From a virus, in IMG/VR virus record IMGVR_UViG_3300023174_003694, positions 981 to 64,980 of that record: DNA of 64,000 bases; one strand, 5' to 3'. The notes beneath the pieces were generated by a model that saw only the letters and a list, made by a program, of their open reading frames with translations, made no database searches and was not told where the DNA came from. The position numbers and the translations under genes are program-made. Numbering within the stretch: the first letter of the stretch is position 1; every line of letters starts with the position of its first letter. Positions 39,502-48,212 of the stretch are shown here, piece after piece.

Positions 39502-40152
39502 ATGGAAAATTCATATACAGCAAATGAAATGGGAGATCCTCCTAAAGACTTTTTCGAAGACAGACCTAAATTAAACATCTTTGAAAAAATATCACTTTGG
39601 TGGAAATTTGATGGACGATACTACCATAAGTATTTCAAACAAGGAGTAAAGAACCTATGGTATTGGTTTCCAATTATCTGGAAAGATAGAAATTGGGATG
39701 GGCATTACATTTACGAAGTGATAAAGCACAAATTAAAAGCTCAATCTAATTACATCGGCCGTAGAGATTTTCATACTCGAGCACAACAAGATGCTAGAAG
39801 AATGAGAATTTGTGTTAAGTTAATTGAAAAGATTCAAGATGACTTCTATCAAATGGAGTATATGGATTATGCAAAAGATAAACAATGGTTTGAACCTTGT
39901 AAAGATAAAGAAGGATATTTTGAATGGAAATCAGAAAACGTTTGGGAATCTTATGAAGACTATTTTAAAAAATATCCATTAATTTATAAACAAGTAATGG
40001 TTGATAATAAAGGCCCATTTACTTTGTCGGGAAATACAGACACTAATTTTAAGCAAAGGATAGCAATGAATATTGCACATATAAATCACGATCGAGCAAG
40101 AAAATTGCTATTTAAAATAATGGAAGAAAACATCGAAGGGTGGTGGGACTAA
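39502..40152 (+). CDS. hypothetical protein
   Basis: 216-aa Trp/Tyr-rich ORF. No motif. Confidence 0.3.
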   Translation: MENSYTANEMGDPPKDFFEDRPKLNIFEKISLWWKFDGRYYHKYFKQGVKNLWYWFPIIWKDRNWDGHYIYEVIKHKLKAQSNYIGRRDFHTRAQQDARRMRICVKLIEKIQDDFYQMEYMDYAKDKQWFEPCKDKEGYFEWKSENVWESYEDYFKKYPLIYKQVMVDNKGPFTLSGNTDTNFKQRIAMNIAHINHDRARKLLFKIMEENIEGWWD

Positions 40153-40153
40153 T

Positions 40154-40693
40154 ATGGAAATAATCAATAACGACATAAACTTTACTAATAGTTTTATAAA
40201 TCAGTTAGTAACACTAATTCCAAAAAAAGTAATTGAATATTGGAATCCTGAATATTCTACTGCCGGATTAGTTAGATTTGATAATGGTAAGCTTGATGCA
40301 GTATATATTGAGGCGCCTAGTAAATATGGAGAGCATAACTTAATTAAATTCAATGTAGTTAAAGGAAAGTATGTATTTGATTCTGTGTATTCTCATTATG
40401 ATATTAAAACGTCAGCTGACGCTCATCCATGGGAGTATAGATATGATAAAGATTTAAATGTAATTGCTACATACAAATTTGCAGAGTCACCTGATGAGGA
40501 ATTTATATCTACCCAATATAAAAATGGTAAAAAATATAAAGAGTACATATATGCAAAAGCTCCTTTCAACCCTCCAGTATTTAAATCTTTAGAGAAAATG
40601 AATATCCTTGAATTCAAGGACAATGTAATTGATAATATCAATTGTTTAAAAGTTAATGGAAACGCTAATTTAGTGTATTATTGGATAAGATAA
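40154..40693 (+). CDS. hypothetical protein
   Basis: 179-aa ORF. Confidence 0.3.
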   Translation: MEIINNDINFTNSFINQLVTLIPKKVIEYWNPEYSTAGLVRFDNGKLDAVYIEAPSKYGEHNLIKFNVVKGKYVFDSVYSHYDIKTSADAHPWEYRYDKDLNVIATYKFAESPDEEFISTQYKNGKKYKEYIYAKAPFNPPVFKSLEKMNILEFKDNVIDNINCLKVNGNANLVYYWIR

Positions 40694-40697
40694 AGAT

Positions 40698-40940
40698 ATG
40701 GTAGTAATAGTATGTTGTATAGTAGCTGTTGCATTTATTATTACAGTTGCATTGTGGGTAAATGGTATAGATTACATGAAAGAAAATCATCCTGATTATA
40801 AAGGAGAAGATTTATTTGGAGAAGATCCTTTAGATGAAAAAGGTTCTGAAATTAAATTTGAAGATGTCTTCAACGAAGAGAAAAAAGAAAATCTTAAAAA
40901 ATTTATTTCGGAGCACAAAAAAAACATTGAAAAAGATTAG
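40698..40940 (+). CDS. small membrane protein
   Basis: N-terminal TM VVIVCCIVAVAFIITVALWV with an acidic C-terminus. Confidence 0.3.
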   Translation: MVVIVCCIVAVAFIITVALWVNGIDYMKENHPDYKGEDLFGEDPLDEKGSEIKFEDVFNEEKKENLKKFISEHKKNIEKD

Positions 40941-40982
40941 GACGTAAGGAAAATTATTCTTATCTTTATATATAGAAATTAA
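40935..40982 (+). promoter_or_regulatory. bipartite promoter-like motif copy
   Basis: GATTAGGACGTAAGG...CTTATCTTTATATATAGAAATTAA. Ends 12 nt before ATG 40994. Same 24-nt spacing. Confidence 0.5.
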
Positions 40983-40993
40983 AAAATAAGAAT

Positions 40994-41401
40994 ATGAAAC
41001 CATTTACTAAAAGAGTATCAGAAGTTAAGATTGTTTTAAGTCCTAGCCCAGCACAGTATCAAGATGCTAGACATCGTTATTCAGAGATAACCAGTACCGA
41101 TGACACTTATGAAAACCCAAATATTTGGGATAGCTTAATAGAGGCTAGAACATCGACGCTTGTGTTAGAGAATATATCAATAAGAGAAGCTGAAGCAGTT
41201 GCCGAGTCAATTCGAATTATGTTTCCAGACCAACACGTTAACCTTTATGGTAGTGACAATTCCTTTATTGGAAATGTTACTTGGAATGACCAATTGAAAA
41301 TGTTTTGGGGTTATCCAACCTATACTGAAATTGGTAAGTCTATAATGGCAAAAAGAACAGAGGAGCAGGCAGCTCTAGGTATACAACCTTCATGGGAATA
41401 A
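40994..41401 (+). CDS. hypothetical protein
   Basis: Preceded by the bipartite promoter motif (40935..40982). Confidence 0.35.
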   Translation: MKPFTKRVSEVKIVLSPSPAQYQDARHRYSEITSTDDTYENPNIWDSLIEARTSTLVLENISIREAEAVAESIRIMFPDQHVNLYGSDNSFIGNVTWNDQLKMFWGYPTYTEIGKSIMAKRTEEQAALGIQPSWE

Positions 41402-41418
41402 TTAATAAATAAATAAAA

Positions 41419-41682
41419 ATGAAAACGTTTGCAGATTTAGAATTCGGACCTCACCCAAATGGTAATGGGGTTCAGGCAAGAATCCAATTTCCTAATGGAT
41501 ATGGAGCTTCCGTAGTAAAGACTCCTTATACATATGGAGGTAGTCAAGGCAAGTATGAACTTGCAGTACTTGATAAAGATGGTAGACTTTGTTACTCCAC
41601 AGAAGTAACAAATGATGTAGTAGGGTATCTATCGCCAGGCGGAGTAACTGAGTATTTAAGACAAATTCAAATTTTAAAATAA
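41419..41682 (+). CDS. hypothetical protein
   Basis: 87-aa ORF. Confidence 0.3.
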   Translation: MKTFADLEFGPHPNGNGVQARIQFPNGYGASVVKTPYTYGGSQGKYELAVLDKDGRLCYSTEVTNDVVGYLSPGGVTEYLRQIQILK

Positions 41683-41900
41683 TGAAAACAGTCATTAAAG
41701 TTTTAGTAGTGCTCTTCCTAGGATTAGGATTGGTTCAGTTAGTAGATTTAGGTTTATATCTAATGAATAGACCAGACAGCTACCTATTTAATTTAGGAGT
41801 AGTAATACTTGCAGCAATGGGAGTATCATTTGCATTTTTATTATTATATGTAATAAAGATGATTAAGCCAGAGAATAAAAAAGAAAAAATAAACAATTAA
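41682..41900 (+). CDS. holin-like small membrane protein
   Basis: Two predicted TM helices (VIKVLVVLFLGLGLVQLV, LGVVILAAMGVSFAFLLLYVI) and a charged C-terminus KPENKKEKINN. 72 aa. Confidence 0.4.
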   Translation: MKTVIKVLVVLFLGLGLVQLVDLGLYLMNRPDSYLFNLGVVILAAMGVSFAFLLLYVIKMIKPENKKEKINN

Positions 41901-41922
41901 TTTTAAATTTAAACAACAAGTC

Positions 41923-42750
41923 ATGAAAAGAATTTTAGTAGTATTAGGAGTAGTTTTAGCATTATTTGCATTGACAATGTCGTGCGAGAACATTGACTCA
42001 GGTAACATTGGTATCAAAGTAAATAAATTTGGTACGGGTAGAGGAGTAAGTGGAGTAACTGAATGTACAGGTACAGTCTTTTATAATCCAATCACAACAA
42101 ACATCTATGAATTCCCAATCAATATTCGTCATAAAGAATATACAGAAGAAGGTTCGTTTGTAGTAAATTCAAAAGACGGTTCAGAATTTCACGTATCGCC
42201 TATTGTGAATTATAGAATTAATCCAGACAAAGCAACTCAAATCTTTGCAAAATATAGAAAAGATTTAGACGGAATCGAAAATGGATTTTTAAAGACAGCT
42301 GTAACGGAAGCATTTAGAATTGTAACAAACGGATATACCGCTGATCAATTAATCTCAAGTAGAGAAGCGTTTGATACTAAAGTAAAAGCTACATTAAGAA
42401 AACAATTAGAACCAGAAGGATTTGTATTAGATCAATTTACGACAAATTTAGAATATCCAGCATCATTTAAAAATGCTATCAATGCTAAAAATAATGCAGT
42501 GCAGAAAGCATTAATGGCTGAGAATAGAGTTAAGCAAGCAGAAGCAGAGGCTAAAATTAAAGTAGCGACAGCAGAAGGAGACGCTCAATCAACACTTACT
42601 CGTGCAAGAGCAGAAGCAGAGGCTAATAAATTAAAGCAAGCTACATTGACACCATTATTAATCCAGCAACAATGGATTGAAGCTTGGAAAGGTGATGTAC
42701 CAACGACAGTATTAGGTTCAGGTACAAATGTAATGTATGGTTTGAAATAA
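41923..42750 (+). CDS. SPFH/band-7 (prohibitin/HflK-like) domain lipoprotein
   Basis: Signal peptide with lipobox LTMSC. GIKVNKFGTGRGVSGV...VSPIVNYRINPDKA resembles the SPFH core. Ala/Glu-rich AEAEAKIKVATAEGDAQS...RAEAEANKLK tail is typical of the family. Confidence 0.55.
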   Translation: MKRILVVLGVVLALFALTMSCENIDSGNIGIKVNKFGTGRGVSGVTECTGTVFYNPITTNIYEFPINIRHKEYTEEGSFVVNSKDGSEFHVSPIVNYRINPDKATQIFAKYRKDLDGIENGFLKTAVTEAFRIVTNGYTADQLISSREAFDTKVKATLRKQLEPEGFVLDQFTTNLEYPASFKNAINAKNNAVQKALMAENRVKQAEAEAKIKVATAEGDAQSTLTRARAEAEANKLKQATLTPLLIQQQWIEAWKGDVPTTVLGSGTNVMYGLK

Positions 42751-42764
42751 TCAATATTAATTGA

Positions 42765-42790
42765 AGCCTGGGTTCGTCCCAGGTTTCTAA
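42765..42790 (+). terminator. rho-independent terminator
   Basis: GCCTGGG-ttcgt-CCCAGGT hairpin followed by TTTCT, directly after the stop of 41923..42750. Confidence 0.6.
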
Positions 42791-42802
42791 CATTTAAAAA
42801 TT

Positions 42803-43426
42803 ATGAAATACATTTCAATTGACATTGAAACAACAGGATTAGATCCTGAAAGATGTGATGTTCTTTCTATAGGAGCTATCATTGAAGATTCTGCCAATCC
42901 ATTGCCTTATGAAGAATGTCCTAAATTTCACGCTGCTATATTGCGCCATGAATTAAATGGATCTCCTAGAGCAATTACAATGAATGCAGACTTAATTGTT
43001 TCTATTGGATCTTATATGGAACCAAAGACAGAAACTACTCGAGCAGAATTAGAAGCTAGCACCGGAATGACTTTTTGGTATCCAGAGACTGTAGTGCAAG
43101 CATTTTACAGATTCCTTTATGAAAATGGAATAGCAGAGTCTCCAGAAATTCCAAACAATGGAAAGGCAGTTACAATTAATTGTGCAGGAAAAAACTTTGG
43201 AACCTTTGATAAACTCTTTCTAGAAAGACTTCCTAGATGGAAGCAATGTATTCGAATCTCTCAAAGAATTCTAGACCCTGCAATTCTATTTGTAGATTGG
43301 AAAGAAGATAATGCTCTTCCAAATTTGAATTTGTGCAAAGAGAGAGCGGGTATTAAGGGACTCGTAACTCATAATGCTTTAGAAGACGCTTGGGATGTAA
43401 TTGAAGTGTTAAGAAAAAAATACTAA
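42803..43426 (+). CDS. DEDDh 3'-5' exonuclease (DnaQ/oligoribonuclease-like)
   Basis: Exo I ISIDIETTGLDP. Exo III HNALEDAWDV (H-x4-D). Terminator hairpins before and after the gene. Confidence 0.7.
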   Translation: MKYISIDIETTGLDPERCDVLSIGAIIEDSANPLPYEECPKFHAAILRHELNGSPRAITMNADLIVSIGSYMEPKTETTRAELEASTGMTFWYPETVVQAFYRFLYENGIAESPEIPNNGKAVTINCAGKNFGTFDKLFLERLPRWKQCIRISQRILDPAILFVDWKEDNALPNLNLCKERAGIKGLVTHNALEDAWDVIEVLRKKY

Positions 43427-43438
43427 ATTATTTTAAAG

Positions 43439-43462
43439 TACCCCGTTAATCGGGGTATTTTC
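43439..43462 (+). terminator. rho-independent terminator
   Basis: TACCCCG-ttaat-CGGGGTA hairpin followed by TTTTC, after the stop of the exonuclease gene. Confidence 0.65.
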
Positions 43463-43572
43463 ATGATTGAAAGGTACTGGTTTTTGCTAGATATTTATAT
43501 TTATTTTAAAGTCGATGTAATTGTTTTGTAATAAGTTTCTAAATTTAGTTTAACTTTAAACAATTATATATT

Positions 43573-43821
43573 ATGGGATTCTTCCAAATTTTTAAAAAAT
43601 CAAATGACTACAATGAAAAAACTGTAATTGGATTTCTATCTTTTGCAGTGATGGTATTAGCTATCATAGTAGATCTTGTTACAGGTTATTTAGGTAAAGA
43701 GCTAAAATTAAATGAATACATCTTTGATTCATTTATGTACATTACTTTAGGTTCATTCCTTCCAGACGTTATCGAAAAATTTGCAGGTTTTAGAGGAGGA
43801 AACAAGTCTAACAACGAGTAA
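43573..43821 (+). CDS. small membrane protein
   Basis: Two TM segments (VIGFLSFAVMVLAIIVDLV, FMYITLGSFLP). Confidence 0.3.
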   Translation: MGFFQIFKKSNDYNEKTVIGFLSFAVMVLAIIVDLVTGYLGKELKLNEYIFDSFMYITLGSFLPDVIEKFAGFRGGNKSNNE

Positions 43822-43822
43822 A

Positions 43823-44926
43823 ATGAAAAACTTATCGAAAGAAGAGTTATTAAGTAGACTCGAAGCAATTAATAGGAGTAATGCTATTATTTACTTTGAC
43901 CTTAAAGGAATCATATTAGGTGTTAATGACATTTTCTTGGAAGCGATGGGCTATGGAGTGGGGAACCATGAAGAACTTATTGGTAAACATCATAGTACTT
44001 TTGTATGTGAAGAATATGCAAGATCTCTTGAATATGAAAAATTTTGGGATATATTAAGAAGCGGTAAGCATTATCAAGGAGAATTTGAAAGAAGAAAAAA
44101 AGACGGAAGTCTTATCAATCTTCAAGCAACTTACAATCCTATTTTTAATGAGGATGGTAAAATTACTAAAATAATGAAAATTGCTACCGACATTACGCCA
44201 ATTGTCGATAGCAAGAAACAAATAGATGCAATCAATAGAAGTACTGCCTTAATTAGTTTCAACACTGATGGATTCATAACAAATGCAAATTCTATATTTT
44301 TAAAAACTATGGGGTACAAATCCAATGAAAAAGACAAAGTCATTGGAAAGCATCATAGTATTTTTGTAAGCTATGAATATTCAAAATCTGACGAATATGC
44401 TAAATTTTGGGAGAATTTAAAAAGTGGTAAATACTTTGATGGAATATTCGAAAGAAGAAAAGTAGATGGTTCTATTGTTTATTTACAAGCAACATATAAT
44501 CCTGTATTTGATAGCAAAGGTAATATTACTGATGTAGTTAAGATAGCAACTGATGTTACAGAAGCTGTGAAGGATAAGAAGAAGATTGACGAGCTTACAG
44601 AGAATTTAACAATTGAATTAGAAAACTCTCAAAAACTTAAAGCTGCAATAGAGATAGAAAAGGATGCTGCTATAAATGATTTAGATGTAGTACTAAAAAA
44701 GAGTCAAAATGAGTTAATAAAAGTAATTGTTAAATGTGCTTTAGCAGTTATAGTTGGAGTAGGTGTTGTAACAACTATATTATATTGGTTAGCGATGCTT
44801 ACTGGTAAGGACACTCAAATTATTGGCTCAACTTGGTCAAATATGTTTAGTGTACTATTAACCAACGCTTTTTCAATAGTAGGTACGATTATGGGAATAA
44901 AGTACGCTACGCAAGAAGGTAAATAA
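43823..44926 (+). CDS. tandem PAS-domain protein with coiled-coil and C-terminal transmembrane anchor
   Basis: ATG at 43823, 2 nt after the upstream stop. Two ~115-aa repeats with PAS hallmarks: GIILGVNDIFLEAMGY...IGKHHSTF...GEFERRKKDGSLINLQATYNPIF, then GFITNANSIFLKTMGY...IGKHHSIF...GIFERRKVDGSIVYLQATYNPVF. C-terminal hydrophobic helices. Confidence 0.55.
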   Translation: MKNLSKEELLSRLEAINRSNAIIYFDLKGIILGVNDIFLEAMGYGVGNHEELIGKHHSTFVCEEYARSLEYEKFWDILRSGKHYQGEFERRKKDGSLINLQATYNPIFNEDGKITKIMKIATDITPIVDSKKQIDAINRSTALISFNTDGFITNANSIFLKTMGYKSNEKDKVIGKHHSIFVSYEYSKSDEYAKFWENLKSGKYFDGIFERRKVDGSIVYLQATYNPVFDSKGNITDVVKIATDVTEAVKDKKKIDELTENLTIELENSQKLKAAIEIEKDAAINDLDVVLKKSQNELIKVIVKCALAVIVGVGVVTTILYWLAMLTGKDTQIIGSTWSNMFSVLLTNAFSIVGTIMGIKYATQEGK

Positions 44927-44942
44927 TAATATAAAAACAAAT

Positions 44943-45260
44943 ATGTTTGCATCAGGAGGAATAATGATGATTATTGGAATAACAATGGGCCTAGGAGTAA
45001 TTCTAGGCTCAATTTATTTCGTTAATAAACTAATTGCTGATAATACGCAAGAGATTTTAGTAAGATTCATTTTAATGGTGTTTACGGCATTAGTTGCGCT
45101 ATTCATAGTTGATAAAGTAATTGCATGGCAAGTTAAATTATTAAGTGATGAACTAAGCAATCAGTTATTTGATTTGATCAAAACTCTAGTACTTATGATT
45201 TTCTCATACTATTTTGGTACGAAGGAAGGAAGTAATCCTAACAAGGGCGATAGAAAATAA
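44943..45260 (+). CDS. membrane protein (2 TM)
   Basis: Hydrophobic segments IMMIIGITMGLGVILGSIYFV and FILMVFTALVALFIV. Confidence 0.3.
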   Translation: MFASGGIMMIIGITMGLGVILGSIYFVNKLIADNTQEILVRFILMVFTALVALFIVDKVIAWQVKLLSDELSNQLFDLIKTLVLMIFSYYFGTKEGSNPNKGDRK

Positions 45261-45307
45261 TATTTTCTACAAAAGAAATTCATATATTTACTTTAAATAA
45301 GTAAAGT

Positions 45308-45649
45308 ATGCATTTTATTAAAGGATTATTATTCGCTGCTATCGCGCAAGCTCTCACTTTTGTACAACTTCAAGGTCAATTCCGTTGGGAATGGTTTAAA
45401 CAACACCCTCTCCTAGTAGCTTGTGTGGGTGGAATTCCTATATCTCTTTTATACATTTATTCAGTACAACATTTAGTTATAGCTTATGATGGAGAGAAGT
45501 GGCCTTCTAGATTATTAGGATTTGCAATTGGTGCAATTGTATTTACAGTAATGTCTTGGAGTTGGTTTCGAGAGCCACTTACAATGAAAACTCTTGTTTG
45601 TTTAGGTTTAGCTTTTTGTATAATGTTAGTGCAAGTATTTTGGAAATGA
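45308..45649 (+). CDS. multi-pass membrane protein
   Basis: Four hydrophobic helices across 113 aa. Confidence 0.3.
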   Translation: MHFIKGLLFAAIAQALTFVQLQGQFRWEWFKQHPLLVACVGGIPISLLYIYSVQHLVIAYDGEKWPSRLLGFAIGAIVFTVMSWSWFREPLTMKTLVCLGLAFCIMLVQVFWK

Positions 45650-45858
45650 TAGAAACAAATTACGTTATAGACGGAGTACATACAGTGTACTTTAATAAAA
45701 AAGAAATTGGTGTCTTTGCACTTGAAAATGATGGATATTATGGATTTTATCCTTCAAGCGCGGGATATTGGAGTTCGTATGCTTTAAGACTTATAGCAGA
45801 TAAGCTAGACGAATTGAATAAAGAATGGGATGAATATATTAATAAAAATTTAAAATAG
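45646..45858 (+). CDS. hypothetical small protein (ATGA-coupled to upstream gene)
   Basis: ATG 45646 overlaps the upstream TGA. Track start 45556 would run through the upstream membrane gene. Confidence 0.3.
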   Translation: MIETNYVIDGVHTVYFNKKEIGVFALENDGYYGFYPSSAGYWSSYALRLIADKLDELNKEWDEYINKNLK

Positions 45859-45860
45859 TT

Positions 45861-46448
45861 ATGACAAATCAAATTACACAAAAATTTATTGACCTTCTAG
45901 GTCCTATCACAGACGACAGACTTCATTTTGCTACATATTCATCTACTGCTGTTGCTGGAGGTTGCAATATTGCAGAAATGTCTAAAATACAAAGACAGCT
46001 AGCAGAAGAAATTTTAAAAGAACATTTCCTTTTCAAAGAAGTGAAATGGATAACTTATGTCGGTGGAGCAAGTGAGTATGGAAAGGCTCTTGTAGCTCAA
46101 ACACAAAGGTTAGCAGATTCTGACTATACAACGTATGATGGAAAAACTGCTTATGTTTATCAAATCATGTTCTCGCCAAAAATGTACGATCCTGCAGTAA
46201 TTTATAAGCCAGTAAAGGATGGATGTACATTTGGACCTTTAGTATACAATCCTGAAAATTTCGAGCCTTCTAGAACAATTACTCTTACTTTCAATCCTGC
46301 ATTTCCACAAGATATCGACAGCAAAGAAAATCAAGATGAAATAATGAGACAGTCTCTTCGAGATAAGCTTGAGAAAGTTTTATCTGAACCAGAAGCATAT
46401 ATGCCTGAAGCAAGTAGAGTTGCAATGATAAGAATGGCAGTAAAATAG
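45861..46448 (+). CDS. hypothetical protein
   Basis: 195-aa ORF. Confidence 0.3.
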   Translation: MTNQITQKFIDLLGPITDDRLHFATYSSTAVAGGCNIAEMSKIQRQLAEEILKEHFLFKEVKWITYVGGASEYGKALVAQTQRLADSDYTTYDGKTAYVYQIMFSPKMYDPAVIYKPVKDGCTFGPLVYNPENFEPSRTITLTFNPAFPQDIDSKENQDEIMRQSLRDKLEKVLSEPEAYMPEASRVAMIRMAVK

Positions 46449-46450
46449 AT

Positions 46451-46936
46451 ATGGGACAGTTAACAAATCGTTTTGGAGCTGTAGGAGCTAAAGGAGAAGC
46501 AGGCGAGATCTTCATGTTAGAAACTCTTAAAAAGCAATATAAAGTATCTGATTATAGATTAGATATGGTTCAACAAACTCAAGGAATTGATTTTGGAATT
46601 TCCAAAGATGGATGGCGAAGAGAATTTACTTTAGACGTCAAAAACAACCTCTACATCACCCCAGAGTTCTACGCATTTAAAATAGAATTAGAAGCTAATG
46701 GAAAGGCAGGTTGGTTCTTTACATCAAAAGCTGATAGGATTTATCATACCAATGCTTACATGAAGCAATACATCTACTATGACTTAAATGAACTGCGTTA
46801 TTTCGTCACTAAAAGATTGGTTAATAATGATTACTCAGACTTTGCTACTGTAAATCATAATGGAGATTTGTTATTACAATTTAAGTTTGAACCTAGTAAA
46901 AGGCACAATGTGCCAATATCAGTTTTATTTAAGTAA
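46451..46936 (+). CDS. hypothetical protein
   Basis: 161-aa ORF. Confidence 0.3.
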   Translation: MGQLTNRFGAVGAKGEAGEIFMLETLKKQYKVSDYRLDMVQQTQGIDFGISKDGWRREFTLDVKNNLYITPEFYAFKIELEANGKAGWFFTSKADRIYHTNAYMKQYIYYDLNELRYFVTKRLVNNDYSDFATVNHNGDLLLQFKFEPSKRHNVPISVLFK

Positions 46937-46963
46937 TACATATTTATATTAAAATAAAATACA

Positions 46964-47299
46964 ATGGCAAAGACTACATTAAAATCATTACTTGAAGGAT
47001 ATGCGTGGGATCGTAATGAAAGACCTTTTGGTAAAGCTCTTCCTACATTAGAAGATGTTCAAAAAGCATATCAAGCAAAACAAGCTAAACTTCAAGAAGC
47101 TGACGGTATGATGACTATCAATGATTTCAATGATATCTTTGAAAGCTTTTATTCAGGTATTGAAGCTAATGCCAAATATATGCAAGAGCCTACATTGAAA
47201 ACCTTGTCGGCAGCAATTAAATTATTGCAGCAAGCTCAAAGACAAGAGGCTGCAGCTCACGGAGTTAATATTACAAAGAGAACAGTTAAATTAGTATAA
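46964..47299 (+). CDS. hypothetical protein
   Basis: Upstream ATATTTATATTAAAATAAAA motif. Downstream terminator hairpin at 47354..47388. Confidence 0.35.
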   Translation: MAKTTLKSLLEGYAWDRNERPFGKALPTLEDVQKAYQAKQAKLQEADGMMTINDFNDIFESFYSGIEANAKYMQEPTLKTLSAAIKLLQQAQRQEAAAHGVNITKRTVKLV

Positions 47300-47353
47300 C
47301 GGCTTAGGACCGGTATTGTTGCCAGCTTTTCATCGGGCAGGTGTCAGGATAGT

Positions 47354-47388
47354 CTGAGTAAAGTGTCGCTACCTTGCTCAGATTTTCT
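47354..47388 (+). terminator. rho-independent terminator (imperfect stem)
   Basis: CTGAGTAAAG-tgtcgcta-CCTTGCTCAG then ATTTTCT. One mismatch and one G-U pair. Confidence 0.45.
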
Positions 47389-47393
47389 ACTGT

Positions 47394-47441
47394 TTATTAG
47401 GATCTTATTGTTTTTTGTCTTATCTTTATGTATAGAAATTT
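47394..47441 (+). promoter_or_regulatory. promoter-like motif copy (upstream half degenerate: TATTAGGATC)
   Basis: CTTATCTTTATGTATAGAAATTT at 47419..47441, 15 nt before ATG 47457. Confidence 0.45.
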
Positions 47442-47456
47442 AAAAATAAACAAATT

Positions 47457-47606
47457 ATGAAAAGATTTTCAAAGAATGATCGTTATGTTATTGCAATGAT
47501 TGCATTAGATGCAGAAAAAAATGGAATGACACCTGAAGAAGCTTTACAATATGCTATAAACCATGTGAACTCGACTAAAAGAGTATCATTGAAAAATCGA
47601 TTTTAA
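47457..47606 (+). CDS. small hypothetical protein (49 aa)
   Basis: ATG 15 nt downstream of a promoter-motif copy (47419..47441). Under 60 aa, so absent from the track. Confidence 0.3.
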   Translation: MKRFSKNDRYVIAMIALDAEKNGMTPEEALQYAINHVNSTKRVSLKNRF

Positions 47607-47619
47607 AATTCACTGAAAT

Positions 47620-47667
47620 GATTAGGATTGTAGAAGAATTATCCTTATCTTTATGTATAGAAATTAA
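47620..47667 (+). promoter_or_regulatory. bipartite promoter-like motif copy
   Basis: GATTAGGATTGTAGAAG...CTTATCTTTATGTATAGAAATTAA. Ends 13 nt before ATG 47681. Confidence 0.5.
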
Positions 47668-47680
47668 AAAAATAGAAATT

Positions 47681-47887
47681 ATGGAATTTGACGGTAGTAA
47701 AATTGATTATTCAAAATTAGAAAATGTAGTAATAGGAGGGATAGATTTTGAAGATTATCCTGATTTTTGTGATGCTTATATTGTAGCTGCAGATTATGAC
47801 GGAGTAGCATTGACAGAGTTAGAGTTAGATGAATTGAGCCAAGATGGAGAATTTGTTCATGAAACTCTTATTAAACAATTATTTTAA
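47681..47887 (+). CDS. small acidic hypothetical protein
   Basis: ATG 47681 lies 13 nt downstream of the bipartite promoter motif. The track start (47618) sits inside the motif, so it was trimmed. Confidence 0.35.
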   Translation: MEFDGSKIDYSKLENVVIGGIDFEDYPDFCDAYIVAADYDGVALTELELDELSQDGEFVHETLIKQLF

Positions 47888-47888
47888 T

Positions 47889-48212
47889 ATGGTAACGATT
47901 CCTTTCACAAAGACAGCTTATGGTACTCGTTTTGGTATTGCTAAAACATTGACAGGGACTTATGTCTGCCCAGGTTGGCATTTGGTTCCAGACGGAACTA
48001 AAATTGAAGATGTTCAATTTGCATATATTGAACCTATAGAAGTTGAAACTAAAAAAGCTATTGTAGAGCAGACAGAATGGAAAGTACCTGGCTCGAAGCC
48101 TGGAGTTGTTTATTCAGTAAATAGATATCCTGATGGAGATTGGACTTGTAGTTGTCCTGCCAAAGCATTTAAGCGAGGAGATTGTAAACATATTATAGCA
48201 TTAAAGAAATAA
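47889..48212 (+). CDS. SWIM zinc-finger protein
   Basis: WTCSCPAKAFKRGDCKHIIAL gives the CxC-x(n)-CxH SWIM signature. ATG at 47889 right after the upstream stop. Confidence 0.5.
   Translation: MVTIPFTKTAYGTRFGIAKTLTGTYVCPGWHLVPDGTKIEDVQFAYIEPIEVETKKAIVEQTEWKVPGSKPGVVYSVNRYPDGDWTCSCPAKAFKRGDCKHIIALKK

Noticed and set aside
42765-42790. tRNA-like T-arm (GGGTTCGTCCCAGG)
   Set aside because: Lacks A58 of the T-loop consensus. The 60 nt upstream are the 3' end of a protein-coding gene, so no acceptor, D or anticodon arms can form. Better explained as a terminator hairpin.
47618-47680. Track start codons at 47618, 47844, 45556, 38477, 43781 and 12787
   Set aside because: These upstream ATGs make the ORF overlap the preceding gene or the promoter motif. 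Internal ATGs placed right after the upstream stop (47681, 47889, 45646, 38495, 43823, 12889) give a compact, coupled arrangement and were preferred.
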